A stretch of 64,000 nucleotides of DNA from a virus. Its lineage: Duplodnaviria > Caudoviricetes. Location of the stretch: positions 1 to 64,000 of IMG/VR virus record IMGVR_UViG_3300033072_000537; one strand, written 5' to 3'. This document shows, in pieces, positions 1 to 9,328 of this stretch. The translations under genes and the position numbers were made by a program. Under the pieces are notes generated by a model that was not told the DNA's origin, made no database searches, and worked only from the letters and a program-made list of their open reading frames with translations. Position 1 is the first letter of the stretch, and each line of letters starts with the position of its first letter.

Positions 1-2325
1 GGCCTGTTCGGTGCGTACAAGGCCGGGCAGATGGTCATGGAGGGCTACGAGAACGCCCGCACGCTCGCCATTGAGATGGACAAGCTCAAGCGCCAGATGG
101 GCGACATCGGCGTCTCGTTCAACGTTTTGCAGGCGGCAGCTCAGGCCGCATCCGACGGGCTCGAAATCAACGCCGTCGAAGCCGGCAAGCTGATGACCGA
201 GTTCAATCACCTGTCCGGTGGGGTGAAGGACACAACCGACCTTACCGAAGGCACGCGGTCAGGCGTCGGCATGTCCAAGGCGCTAGGCCTCGACCCTAGT
301 GCCGGCGTCTCCTTCTTGGCGAACATCCGAAACATCAACCGAGGCGGGTCTGCTGATGGCGACCGCCGCCTGGCGCTGATGATTGGCGACGTGGTGACGC
401 GCTCTGGCATGAACGGACGCGCGGACGAAATCCTGCAAGCCATCCAGTCGTTTGCCGCTGCCACCTCCCGTATCAGCCTATCGAACCCAAACCTCGGGGC
501 ATTTTCTGGGCTGTACTCGGGAATGCTTGCGTCTCGCATCCCGGGCATGACGCCGGAGACGGCCGCCGCAATGATCGGCCAAGCCAACAGCGCCGTGACG
601 AACATGGGCGCGTTCGGCGAGGCCTCCGAAACCTTCACGATGGGGGCCCTGAGTCGGGATGGTCGGCTTAACCCCATCCAGGCTCGCGTACTGGCCGAGG
701 GCGGGCTCTTCGGCAACCGTGCCGGGGCCTTCGGAAAGGAGTCCGTCTATCGACAGTACATGCTGGCAAACGGCGTGAGTGAAAGCGAGGTCGATAAACT
801 GATGGCCGGCAACTCAGGCCGGACCAACTTCGAGGAAATCCGCCGGCAGCTCGACGAGCAAAATGTCGATCCGCACATCAAGGCGGAGATGGCAAAGAAC
901 TATTTCGGCTTGTCGTCAATCAACCAGGCCATGGCCTTCATGACCGTCAAGCCCGAGGAAATGGGCAAGACGGAGCGCCTGCTTGGCGAGCGCGGTATTG
1001 ACCTCAAGGACTACAACGAGACGGGGATCATGACCCTCTCGAAGATCGCCAACGCTGGCGGAGTCGGCGACCTCCAAGGTGTTGCCGAAGACATGATGTC
1101 GCGTAAGGGCAAGGGCTCGCTTACAGCCGATGAGCGAAACCGTCTCGCCGCTGCGATGGACGAAGCGAAGCGACTCGGCGGCAATGAAGGCTTCACCAAG
1201 CTGCAAGACGTACTGACTGATCTAGCTGCCGACAAGGACAAGCAGCAGACGCTCGGATCGCAGATGGTCGACCAGCAGAAGAGGATCGAGAACGCCATGA
1301 TCGGCGTCGGCCAGACGCTGTTGGGGCCGCTGACCGACATCAAAGAGGTGCTGATGGCGGGATTCAAAGTGTCAGAAACGAAAGCGAGGCAACAGGTTCT
1401 TGATCTTCGCAAGAACGAGATCAACGAAGAGTTCGATGGTCGCCGTAAAGCGATCATGGAGAAATATTCTGGCCCGAGGGTTCAATTTGCAAAAGAGATG
1501 AACGCCGCAAAGCCAAATTCGCCAGAATTCAAAGCGGCAGACAACAAACGGCGGGAGAACGAAGAGAACTTCAACCGCGAGCTCGCCGGTCTGGAAAAAG
1601 AGCGGAAGGAGAAAATTCGCGAAGTTGAAGAGAACTATGCGAAGGAGCGGAAAGCCAGTCAACGGGCCAGGGAGGCAGAATCTGACACCGGCCCTGTCGG
1701 CGATGCCACTGGGCGACAAATCTCAGCAATGAACCGGGTGCAGTTTTCCGATGCTGAGAACCGGGCGCTGGAGCAAGCAGCTGGTGGCGACCAGAAGAAA
1801 CTGGCGTTCATGAAAAACGTCCTGCGTATCGAAAATCGCGGAAAGCCTGGTGTCGACAACGACGCTGTGAGCCCGGCTGGCGCGGTCGGGGCGTTTCAGT
1901 TCATGCCAAACACGGCAGCAACACTGGCCCGCCGGCTGGGGATGCGCTCGTATGATCTCAAGAGCTTCGATGACAGCTCAAAGCTGGCCGGTGCTTACTA
2001 TGACGAGCTGTATGAACGCTACGGCGGGAATCGCTCGAAGATGTATGCCGACTACAACGGCGGGCCGCGCCTGGCCAGGAACGCCGGGAATACTGGCAAC
2101 AAGGAAAACGACGACTACGTCGCTATGGGCAAGTACCTCGACGGCCAATCGACTCCGATGCCGTCCGCAGGCAAGGACTTGGCCTCCAGCTACCCCCAGT
2201 CGTGGCAGAAACAGTCGCTTGCGCCCTGGGATTTGACTTTCAAGCTGATCGGTGAAGACGGGAAGCAACGCGCGGCGCCGATCAACATTAGCGTGCCGAT
2301 TCCGGCACCGTCCGGGAGAGGTTGA
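1..2325 (+). CDS. Tape-measure-like tail protein with C-terminal lytic transglycosylase (SLT) domain; 5' partial
   Basis: Frame open from base 1; long helical Ala/Gly-rich region; SLT motifs IENRG, SPAGAVGAFQFMPNTA, YADYNGGP. Confidence 0.8.
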   Translation, partial: GLFGAYKAGQMVMEGYENARTLAIEMDKLKRQMGDIGVSFNVLQAAAQAASDGLEINAVEAGKLMTEFNHLSGGVKDTTDLTEGTRSGVGMSKALGLDPSAGVSFLANIRNINRGGSADGDRRLALMIGDVVTRSGMNGRADEILQAIQSFAAATSRISLSNPNLGAFSGLYSGMLASRIPGMTPETAAAMIGQANSAVTNMGAFGEASETFTMGALSRDGRLNPIQARVLAEGGLFGNRAGAFGKESVYRQYMLANGVSESEVDKLMAGNSGRTNFEEIRRQLDEQNVDPHIKAEMAKNYFGLSSINQAMAFMTVKPEEMGKTERLLGERGIDLKDYNETGIMTLSKIANAGGVGDLQGVAEDMMSRKGKGSLTADERNRLAAAMDEAKRLGGNEGFTKLQDVLTDLAADKDKQQTLGSQMVDQQKRIENAMIGVGQTLLGPLTDIKEVLMAGFKVSETKARQQVLDLRKNEINEEFDGRRKAIMEKYSGPRVQFAKEMNAAKPNSPEFKAADNKRRENEENFNRELAGLEKERKEKIREVEENYAKERKASQRAREAESDTGPVGDATGRQISAMNRVQFSDAENRALEQAAGGDQKKLAFMKNVLRIENRGKPGVDNDAVSPAGAVGAFQFMPNTAATLARRLGMRSYDLKSFDDSSKLAGAYYDELYERYGGNRSKMYADYNGGPRLARNAGNTGNKENDDYVAMGKYLDGQSTPMPSAGKDLASSYPQSWQKQSLAPWDLTFKLIGEDGKQRAAPINISVPIPAPSGRG

Positions 2326-3818
2326 TGCCGCAGGCGAAAGTTTACAACCCGCAGGTTCAGGTTCTGCTCTACAAGAACGTGGATCGCACCACGGCCGGCG
2401 ATGGCGTTCCGCTCTCGGAGCGCTTCAAGGCCGCAGACCGCGTGATTGATCTCGCCCCTTGGCTGGATGACCAAGCCGGCATCCGGACATCGAAGTCCGT
2501 CCGTGATCCTGCTGGAGGCTGGTCTGTCACGCTGTCTGATCGCATGCACAGCAAAGACCTTGATACCCTCTATGGCCTGATCGAGCCTATGGACTGCATT
2601 GAGATTCGGATGGCCCGGACCCGGACAAAGCCCGGCAACCTGCCGATCATCATGCGCGGCTTTGTGTCGAACATCTCGCGCTCGGAGTCGATCAGTGGCT
2701 CCGGGAAGCCGCAGCGGACCGTAACCATCACCGGCCAAGACTACGGCAAGCTCTGGCAAATCTTCCAGATTTTCTACCCGACCAACTTCCCCGAGTCGGC
2801 CACGCTGCTGACCAATTGGAAGCTGTTCCAGAAGTTCGGGATGGCATTCAACAATCAGAGCTGCCGCGACTTCGTGCGCGAGGCGATTGATCGCATCCTG
2901 AACCCGTTCATCACGAACATGCTCGGGAAAAATGAGTCTGGGCAGCCAGCGCCTGATTCACCGCTCCAGATCATCCAGGTCAAGGACGAGGACATTACCG
3001 CCGAGCCTGGCACCGTGGCCCCGACCGGGGCGAACCAGTTCCAGGGCGGCACCCTGTATTCCATGCTGCAACAGTTCGGTGACGTTGGTCCGTGGAACGA
3101 GCTGTTCCTGGAAGATCGGGAGGAGGGCGTTTTCCTCGTCTATCGCCCAAACCCGTTCTACGCGGTTAATGGCGACTACCTGCCCACGAAGCGCTTCAAC
3201 ATTGAGGAAGCCAAGGAGCCGGCCATTGCGGTCGTCCGCGCCGAGGACATTCAGTCCCTCAACGTGTCGCGGTCAGACAGCAACGTCGCCAATTACTACT
3301 GGGTGGAGGCTCGCCGATCCCAGATGACAAACGGCAGCACGGCAAAGATGATCGCGGCCACCAGCGCCCGGGAAACCTTCTACACGACGCACCGGAACTC
3401 CAGCGAGGAAATCTACGGCCTGCGCAAGATGATGGAGGAGACGAACCAGGGCGACCCGCAGGCAAAGCACCACGGCAACGGCGTCGACAAGGACACCCAC
3501 AAGCGCCTCTACACGCTGACCAGCGGCTGGATCGACCAGCGTCGCTACGAGCTGGTTGAGCAGAACAAGGACAACGTTGTCTTTGAGCTGGGTAGCCTTC
3601 GGGTCAAAGGCAACGAAGCAATCAAGGCTGGGATGTATGTCGAGATCGTCCGGGGCACGATGAAGCACAAGGTTTATGCCTATCAGGTTGATCATGAGTT
3701 TGTCCCTTTTCAGGGGTTTTTCACGACCATAACCTTCGACCGTGGCACCGGGTTTATTGAGCGCGCAAAGGATTCCGGCCGCAAGTCGCCTTATCTTGAG
3801 GAGCTGGCAAGTGTTTGA
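2322..3818 (+). CDS. Baseplate hub-like protein (Mu gp44/T4 gp27 position)
   Basis: 498 aa, between tape measure and spike; TVTITGQDYGK motif; assignment by synteny. Confidence 0.6.
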   Translation: MMPQAKVYNPQVQVLLYKNVDRTTAGDGVPLSERFKAADRVIDLAPWLDDQAGIRTSKSVRDPAGGWSVTLSDRMHSKDLDTLYGLIEPMDCIEIRMARTRTKPGNLPIIMRGFVSNISRSESISGSGKPQRTVTITGQDYGKLWQIFQIFYPTNFPESATLLTNWKLFQKFGMAFNNQSCRDFVREAIDRILNPFITNMLGKNESGQPAPDSPLQIIQVKDEDITAEPGTVAPTGANQFQGGTLYSMLQQFGDVGPWNELFLEDREEGVFLVYRPNPFYAVNGDYLPTKRFNIEEAKEPAIAVVRAEDIQSLNVSRSDSNVANYYWVEARRSQMTNGSTAKMIAATSARETFYTTHRNSSEEIYGLRKMMEETNQGDPQAKHHGNGVDKDTHKRLYTLTSGWIDQRRYELVEQNKDNVVFELGSLRVKGNEAIKAGMYVEIVRGTMKHKVYAYQVDHEFVPFQGFFTTITFDRGTGFIERAKDSGRKSPYLEELASV

Positions 3819-4704
3819 TTCAGGTATTCGACTGGCGAAGGTCGTCAGGTCTTACCCCGAGGGGCATTCCGTCGATCTCGTGATGTACGACGACAATTCC
3901 CCCGTTTCCAACGTCCAGGTGCTTTCTGGCAGCGCCAGTTCCCGCAGCGGGTTTTCTGGACTGGTTGCTCCGACTTCTGCGCCGGATGGCGAGTGGGGCA
4001 ACAAGGACAGCGGCGACGAGGACATTATCGCGGCCGTGGCCTACATGCGCGGCGAACCGATTGTGCTGGGGTTCCTGCGCCCGCAGGTCAATCAGATGAC
4101 GTTCAAGGACGAGAACCGGATCACCTACCGCTTCCCGTCGGACGTCTATGTGACCTGCGACGGCAAGGGGAACACGGAGCTCTACCATCCGTCCGGCACC
4201 TATCTCCGGATCGGCTCCGGCAAGGAGCACGAGGACTTGTCCGGCAAAGACTACGACGGGGCCTGGGCGATCAATCGCAACACCGACAGCGCCGTCGATG
4301 TGCGGCTCGGCGTATCCAACGCCGGGACGGAGGTTGCGTCGCTACATTTTGACCCGTATGGAAACGTGAATTTTCAGTGCGACAAGACGCTGGTCGAGAA
4401 GATCGACGAGAAGTGGCGGGTCGAGGTCGCTGAGACGACGCTGCTCCAGTCTGGCAGCACGACGACGATCCGCGCGCCGCTAATCATGCTGGATGGGAAT
4501 GTTTATTGCACAAAAAACTTTGAGGCGGCGATCTCAATCAAGGCCGGAGCAGACATCGTGGCTGCCGGCGAAGTTGCGATGGGCGATGGCGAGATCGCGC
4601 TCGGCAAGCACAAGCACGTCAATGTTACGCCCGGGACAGGTGTATCAGGCGGCGCAGTCGGTGGCGGTGGCAGCGCTGGGGTGCCAGGCGGGGCAGGGGA
4701 ATAG
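3811..4704 (+). CDS. Baseplate central spike (gpV/gp45-like)
   Basis: GTG start after GAGGAG; N-terminal OB-fold-like region, beta-repeat region, C-terminal HKH metal-binding motif (HKHVNVTPG). Confidence 0.75.
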   Translation: MFDSGIRLAKVVRSYPEGHSVDLVMYDDNSPVSNVQVLSGSASSRSGFSGLVAPTSAPDGEWGNKDSGDEDIIAAVAYMRGEPIVLGFLRPQVNQMTFKDENRITYRFPSDVYVTCDGKGNTELYHPSGTYLRIGSGKEHEDLSGKDYDGAWAINRNTDSAVDVRLGVSNAGTEVASLHFDPYGNVNFQCDKTLVEKIDEKWRVEVAETTLLQSGSTTTIRAPLIMLDGNVYCTKNFEAAISIKAGADIVAAGEVAMGDGEIALGKHKHVNVTPGTGVSGGAVGGGGSAGVPGGAGE

Positions 4705-4722
4705 ACGGGCAAGGTCGGCGGG

Positions 4723-4737
4723 TCGTGATGTTACGCT
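4723..4737 (+). promoter_or_regulatory. Late-promoter-like motif TCGTGAT-GT-TACGCT
   Basis: Recurrent motif before structural genes; ATG 6 nt downstream. Confidence 0.6.
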
Positions 4738-4743
4738 TGGCGT

Positions 4744-5940
4744 ATGCTCAAGAATAACCCGCCGACCAGCCAGAAATCGCGCCCGATTTCGTTTGTACTG
4801 GACGACATGGCCAACGGCCGGTCGCCGGTATGGGTGCCACTGGTTATCCGCCCCGAGGATTTGACTCGCAGCGAGCAGTCTCGGATGACGCTGCACCAGA
4901 CACTTGGCCGCGAGGCGGTTGGCTGGGTCGATAACTTCGGCCCCGGGCTGCCCACCATCAACATTTCTGGGCACACCGGCTGGCGAGCTCCGTCGGGCCA
5001 GCAGTACGACGGTGCAGAGCAGTTCCTGACGCTGCACAACAAGATTTTTCAGGTATACCACGCCAGCAAGCAGGAGGCCATCGACGCCGGAAACGATCCC
5101 GCCGATGTAAAACTGCTGTTTGTCGACGAGCTCGACCGCTTCGCCTACGAAGTCGCGCCGATGAACTTCACGCTGCGCCGGTCGAAGTCTCGCCCGCTGC
5201 TCATGCAGTACAACATCCAGCTACAGGCGGTTTCCACCAGTGCGGGGGTGCCTGCAATCGATACCACCAACCTGGGGGACGTGTTCTCTGGCCTCGGTTC
5301 GCTCGGCGACGTTCTCCGCGACATTACCGGCCTGGTCGATAGCGTGGTCAGTGGCGTGAACTCATTTGTGGCCCCGATTGGGGCCGTGGTGAAAGAGTTC
5401 ATGAACGTGACCGCCAAGGTGTTCGGGGCGGTCGGTACCGTCGTCGGTGCCGTGGCAAATGGCGTCCGGACGGTCGCAAACAACCTGATCGGCGTGGCCC
5501 GGATGGTGGCGACTGCCGGGAAGAACGTTTTCGACTCGCTGTCTGCGATTACCTCGCTGCCAGCCTTCGTCAAGCAGACGTTCCAGCAGGTTGCAGCGGC
5601 TTACTCGACGGCCTTCTGTCTGTTCAAAAACTCGTTGCGCCCAAATGGCAAGGCCTACCAGGACTATTCCGACCTGTACGGCGCATCTAACTGCTCTTCG
5701 ACCACTGGCGGCAGCCCGGCCAGCCCACTGGCGAAGATGAACGTATTCACTGACGTTCGCCCGATGGCCTCGCCGGTTCAAATGAGCGGAAACGCTGTCG
5801 ACGGACTGGGTTCGCTTTCCCGCATGGACCCCGTCATTGCGCCTATGCCGCTGTCTGAAATGACGCGGAACATGGGGGCCGTCGCTTCCGGGTTTAAGGG
5901 ATTCTCCTCCGACATCATGGCCTACGGGGTATCCGGATGA
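4744..5940 (+). CDS. Tail/baseplate protein (tube-initiator-like)
   Basis: 398 aa in baseplate cluster; QTLG...WVDNFGPGLPTINISGHTGW motif. Confidence 0.55.
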   Translation: MLKNNPPTSQKSRPISFVLDDMANGRSPVWVPLVIRPEDLTRSEQSRMTLHQTLGREAVGWVDNFGPGLPTINISGHTGWRAPSGQQYDGAEQFLTLHNKIFQVYHASKQEAIDAGNDPADVKLLFVDELDRFAYEVAPMNFTLRRSKSRPLLMQYNIQLQAVSTSAGVPAIDTTNLGDVFSGLGSLGDVLRDITGLVDSVVSGVNSFVAPIGAVVKEFMNVTAKVFGAVGTVVGAVANGVRTVANNLIGVARMVATAGKNVFDSLSAITSLPAFVKQTFQQVAAAYSTAFCLFKNSLRPNGKAYQDYSDLYGASNCSSTTGGSPASPLAKMNVFTDVRPMASPVQMSGNAVDGLGSLSRMDPVIAPMPLSEMTRNMGAVASGFKGFSSDIMAYGVSG

Positions 5941-6554
5941 GCGTTTTTGACCGCGAACTAACCGGGTACCGGTACGCCAGCACCAATCACGGCGACACGA
6001 TCCAGCAGGTCGCGTTCCGCGAGCTTGGGGACGCCAGCCGCTGGGCGGAGCTGGTGTGGATCAACGACCTGCTGCCGCCGTATATCACCGACGACCCGGA
6101 CAAGGCGTCGGACCGCGTCCTCCTCTCAGGCAAACAGATTGTTGTGCCGGCGGTTACAGCGCCTTCAGTGGCCGCCGAAATCGACCCCTACAAGGTATTC
6201 GGGACGGACTGTCGCCTGCGGAGCGGCTTACTGGAGTCGGATGGGGCAGGGGATTTCCAGATCGTCGAGGGTCGAGAAAACCTGCGCCAGCAGCTCACGC
6301 ACCGGATCGTCACCGACAAGGGCGCGCTGATCTACCACCCGAAGTACGGCTGCGATGTTCGCCGGCTGATCGGCATCGTCAATGGGCCTACGGCGGCCCT
6401 GCTCGGTGAGCAGTACGTCACGTCCGCGCTGCAGTCTGATTTCCGCGTAGCGGAGGTGACGCGAGCTTCTGCCGACGTGCTGGGCGACCGTGTCGCCATC
6501 GATGCCGAGGTCAGGCCGATTTCTGGCCGCCCGGTTGATATTCAAGTGGGGTAA
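5937..6554 (+). CDS. Baseplate wedge protein, LysM-like plus gp25/gpW-like domains
   Basis: GDTIQQVAFRELGDASRWAELVWIN (LysM-like); HPKYGC (gp25-like). Confidence 0.7.
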   Translation: MSVFDRELTGYRYASTNHGDTIQQVAFRELGDASRWAELVWINDLLPPYITDDPDKASDRVLLSGKQIVVPAVTAPSVAAEIDPYKVFGTDCRLRSGLLESDGAGDFQIVEGRENLRQQLTHRIVTDKGALIYHPKYGCDVRRLIGIVNGPTAALLGEQYVTSALQSDFRVAEVTRASADVLGDRVAIDAEVRPISGRPVDIQVG

Positions 6555-6557
6555 CGA

Positions 6558-7655
6558 GTGGCTTTCCAGACCAAGAACTTCGTATCGATTACGGCCGGCA
6601 TGCTCAACCGCATGCGCGGCTCGACCGACAAGATTACCGACTTCCAGGTCGGCTCCGTTGCCCGCACCCTGATTGAAGGCCCGGCCACTGAGATCGACCA
6701 GCTCTATCAGCAGATGTTCATCGGTCTGAGGGAGGCTATCCCCGTTGCGACCTTCTTGTCGTTCGGTTTCGACCTGCTCCCCTCGGGGACCGCGAACGGC
6801 ACGGTGACGGTTTCCCGATCTGCTGCTGTCACCCAGCCATTGACGATCCAGGCCGGGACCGTTTTCACGGCCGGCGATGGTCGGCGCTACCTGTCTGTCG
6901 CGGACGTTGTGTGGCCCGCCGCCTCCCTGTCTGTCGATGTGTCCGTGCGAGCCGAGACGGCAGGCCTCTCCGGCAATGCCGCCTCGGGCGTCGTGTCGGC
7001 CAGTGAGTTTTTCCTGAACGGCGAGGTGATCACCAGCGGCCCGATGGTCAATGGCCGCGATCAGGAGACGGACGTTGAGCGCGAGGCTCGCTTTGCGGAC
7101 TTCGTGGCTTCCCTGTCTCGCGGGACCGTGGCGGCAGTCACCTACGCAGCATCGATTTCGACGGTGTCGGCTGGCGGTGTCGCTACCGAGTACGTCACTG
7201 TGGTGGGCGTGGACGAAAACCCCGGCATTGTCCGGCTCTACCTCTACTCCTCGACCGGCTTGCCCAGCGCGGCTCTGCTGGCCGATGCCCAGCGCCGGAT
7301 CGACGGCTACCGCGACGACGCATTCGGCGTGATCGTGCCCGGCTTCCGGTCGGCTGGCGTCCGCGTCGATGTCCTTCCGGCACAGGAGGTCACGGTCAAT
7401 TTCTCTGCCCAAGTGAAGATGTTTGGCGGCTACACGCTTGATACCGCCACGGTGAACGCCCTCCGGGACGTTTTCAGCGCCGTGGTTACGGGCGTGAAGT
7501 CTGGGGAAACCCTCTACATCGGCACGCTGGTCGAGCGCATGCTGACCGTGCCGGGCGTCGAGAAGGTTGTCCCATCCAACAACGCGAACGTCGCCTGCGG
7601 GGCCTCCCAGGTGCTCAAGGCGGGTGCTTTTACGGTGACCGCGCTGAATGGATAA
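6558..7655 (+). CDS. Baseplate J/gp47 family protein
   Basis: TDFQVGSVARTLIE, AGTVF, GLSGN, NGRDQETDVE..ARF motifs. Confidence 0.85.
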   Translation: MAFQTKNFVSITAGMLNRMRGSTDKITDFQVGSVARTLIEGPATEIDQLYQQMFIGLREAIPVATFLSFGFDLLPSGTANGTVTVSRSAAVTQPLTIQAGTVFTAGDGRRYLSVADVVWPAASLSVDVSVRAETAGLSGNAASGVVSASEFFLNGEVITSGPMVNGRDQETDVEREARFADFVASLSRGTVAAVTYAASISTVSAGGVATEYVTVVGVDENPGIVRLYLYSSTGLPSAALLADAQRRIDGYRDDAFGVIVPGFRSAGVRVDVLPAQEVTVNFSAQVKMFGGYTLDTATVNALRDVFSAVVTGVKSGETLYIGTLVERMLTVPGVEKVVPSNNANVACGASQVLKAGAFTVTALNG

Positions 7656-8796
7656 CGCTCTCTATCGGATCATCGACTACCCGCACGCGCCGGTATTCGA
7701 CAAGTCGCCGCACGAGGTTCTGGCGCTTCGCGTGCGCCACCCGTCCGGCTCGGCATGGGAGGTTCTAGATGGCGTGCTGACAATGACCGTCGGCACGGCC
7801 AAGACGAGCTACGACCTGTCGGCGCTCACAATCGGCCAGCTTGCCGACCGACTGTCCGCTGATGGCTTCGAGGTTCTGGCGGAGAATTCGGAGATCGGGA
7901 GCCGATCCGCCCTGCTGCTGCTGCGCGGGTCGAATAGCCAGTCTAACAGCAACGGCGATCACCTCTACGCCTACACATCGCTCCTGTGGTGCCTCTACGC
8001 GGCCTATGGCGGCGAACTGGACCACGCCGAGTACCAGATCGTACAGGCCATCCGGCAGATGGTGATGACGCAGGCCGAGGGCTACTGGCTGGACGTCTGG
8101 GGCACGCTCTACGGCATCTCGCGCCCTGCCGGCATGGCCGATGACCAGTATCAGAGCATGATCCCGGCCGAGGCCTTCCGTCTGCGCGTCAATGCGCACG
8201 CAATCGAGCAGGCCATACTGGACGCCACCGGCTGGGATGTCAGGATTGAGGAGCCGTGGAAAGAGATTTTCACGCTGGATCAATCCATTTTGTCCGGCCC
8301 GGATCGTCTCTACGATGGCGAGCGGTACGGCTACCACCTGATCCGTCCAACGGCCCGGCAAGTGATCGACTGGGACAAGGTGATCCCGATCATCGAGCGG
8401 AACCGCGCTGCTGGCGTGCTGATCTGTTCCCGGATTGTCTATCACGGTGCCTACATCGACGCCTCGGGGATGGTCGAGATTGCGACCAGGAATGTGCGCC
8501 TCTCGCGCGCCATAGACCTCTACGACGACCGTGCCTTGCTCGACTACATGGCGATTGAGGACACATCGATCAAGAACTACGAGTCGCGTCGCCGGAGAAC
8601 GCTGCGCCACGTCAGCGGCTCGGTGATCGTTGACGAGTACGCGGTCACGTCTGCTCACTCGAGAACCACACGCGCCTACTACAGCTCGGTCAGCTACGAG
8701 CAGCAGTTCTGGGACGTTCCGACTTCGTGGAATGGAACCACGGAAACCTGGCGAATGAACGCCTACATCCAGTCCGCTCACACCCGCTCGTCGTGA
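7648..8796 (+). CDS. Baseplate wedge/tail protein (gpI/gp48-like)
   Basis: AEGYWLDVWGTLYGISR and RAAGV motifs; follows baseplate J. Confidence 0.65.
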   Translation: MDNALYRIIDYPHAPVFDKSPHEVLALRVRHPSGSAWEVLDGVLTMTVGTAKTSYDLSALTIGQLADRLSADGFEVLAENSEIGSRSALLLLRGSNSQSNSNGDHLYAYTSLLWCLYAAYGGELDHAEYQIVQAIRQMVMTQAEGYWLDVWGTLYGISRPAGMADDQYQSMIPAEAFRLRVNAHAIEQAILDATGWDVRIEEPWKEIFTLDQSILSGPDRLYDGERYGYHLIRPTARQVIDWDKVIPIIERNRAAGVLICSRIVYHGAYIDASGMVEIATRNVRLSRAIDLYDDRALLDYMAIEDTSIKNYESRRRRTLRHVSGSVIVDEYAVTSAHSRTTRAYYSSVSYEQQFWDVPTSWNGTTETWRMNAYIQSAHTRSS

Positions 8797-8805
8797 CATT
8801 ACGAT
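8791..8805 (+). promoter_or_regulatory. Late-promoter-like motif TCGTGAC-AT-TACGAT
   Basis: Recurrent motif, upstream of 8837. Confidence 0.6.
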
Positions 8806-8836
8806 GGTGCCATTACCTTTCTAAGAAGGCGGCACC

Positions 8837-9319
8837 ATGCCAATTCTCACAAAGTCCGGGCGCATTGTGATCGCCGAAGCGATTGCTCTGCGCCATGTTC
8901 ATTGCGCCTGGGGCCGGGGCGACGGGGCCTGGACTACGTCTCCTCCTCCGGAAGATAGCGAGGCAACGGCGCTGATCGATGAAGTCGGACGCCGGACTGC
9001 CGATCAGGTTGCTTACGTCGTGCCCGACAATGCGGGCGATATTGTCCTGCCGAACGGCACGTTCAGCATTTCCCCGACCCCGACCCGCCACCTCTATGTG
9101 CGGACCAAGTTCGGCTACACCGACGCGCCGACCAGCATTATTCGTGAAATGGCGGTTTTCGTCGGCACAACCACCGTCGCCGGACTGCCACCTGGTCAGC
9201 GCTACTTCGTGCCCAGCGAGATTTCCAACCCTGGCCGCATGCTTCACCTCGAGCATTTCCAGCCGATCTACCGGTCCGGTGTGATTGAGGAAAGTTTCGA
9301 GGTCGTCATCACTTTCTAA
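8837..9319 (+). CDS. Baseplate/tail-fibre attachment protein
   Basis: 160 aa; ILTKSGR, AWGRGD, IIREMAVF motifs typical of fibre-collar N-termini. Confidence 0.55.
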   Translation: MPILTKSGRIVIAEAIALRHVHCAWGRGDGAWTTSPPPEDSEATALIDEVGRRTADQVAYVVPDNAGDIVLPNGTFSISPTPTRHLYVRTKFGYTDAPTSIIREMAVFVGTTTVAGLPPGQRYFVPSEISNPGRMLHLEHFQPIYRSGVIEESFEVVITF

Positions 9320-9328
9320 AGGCCATCC

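Noticed and set aside
6228-8799. Long antisense ORFs (6228-7412, 7765-8799; likewise 17954-19009, 22782-23867, 61428-62468)
   Set aside because: Shadows of GC-rich genes on the opposite strand; no motifs or translation signals.
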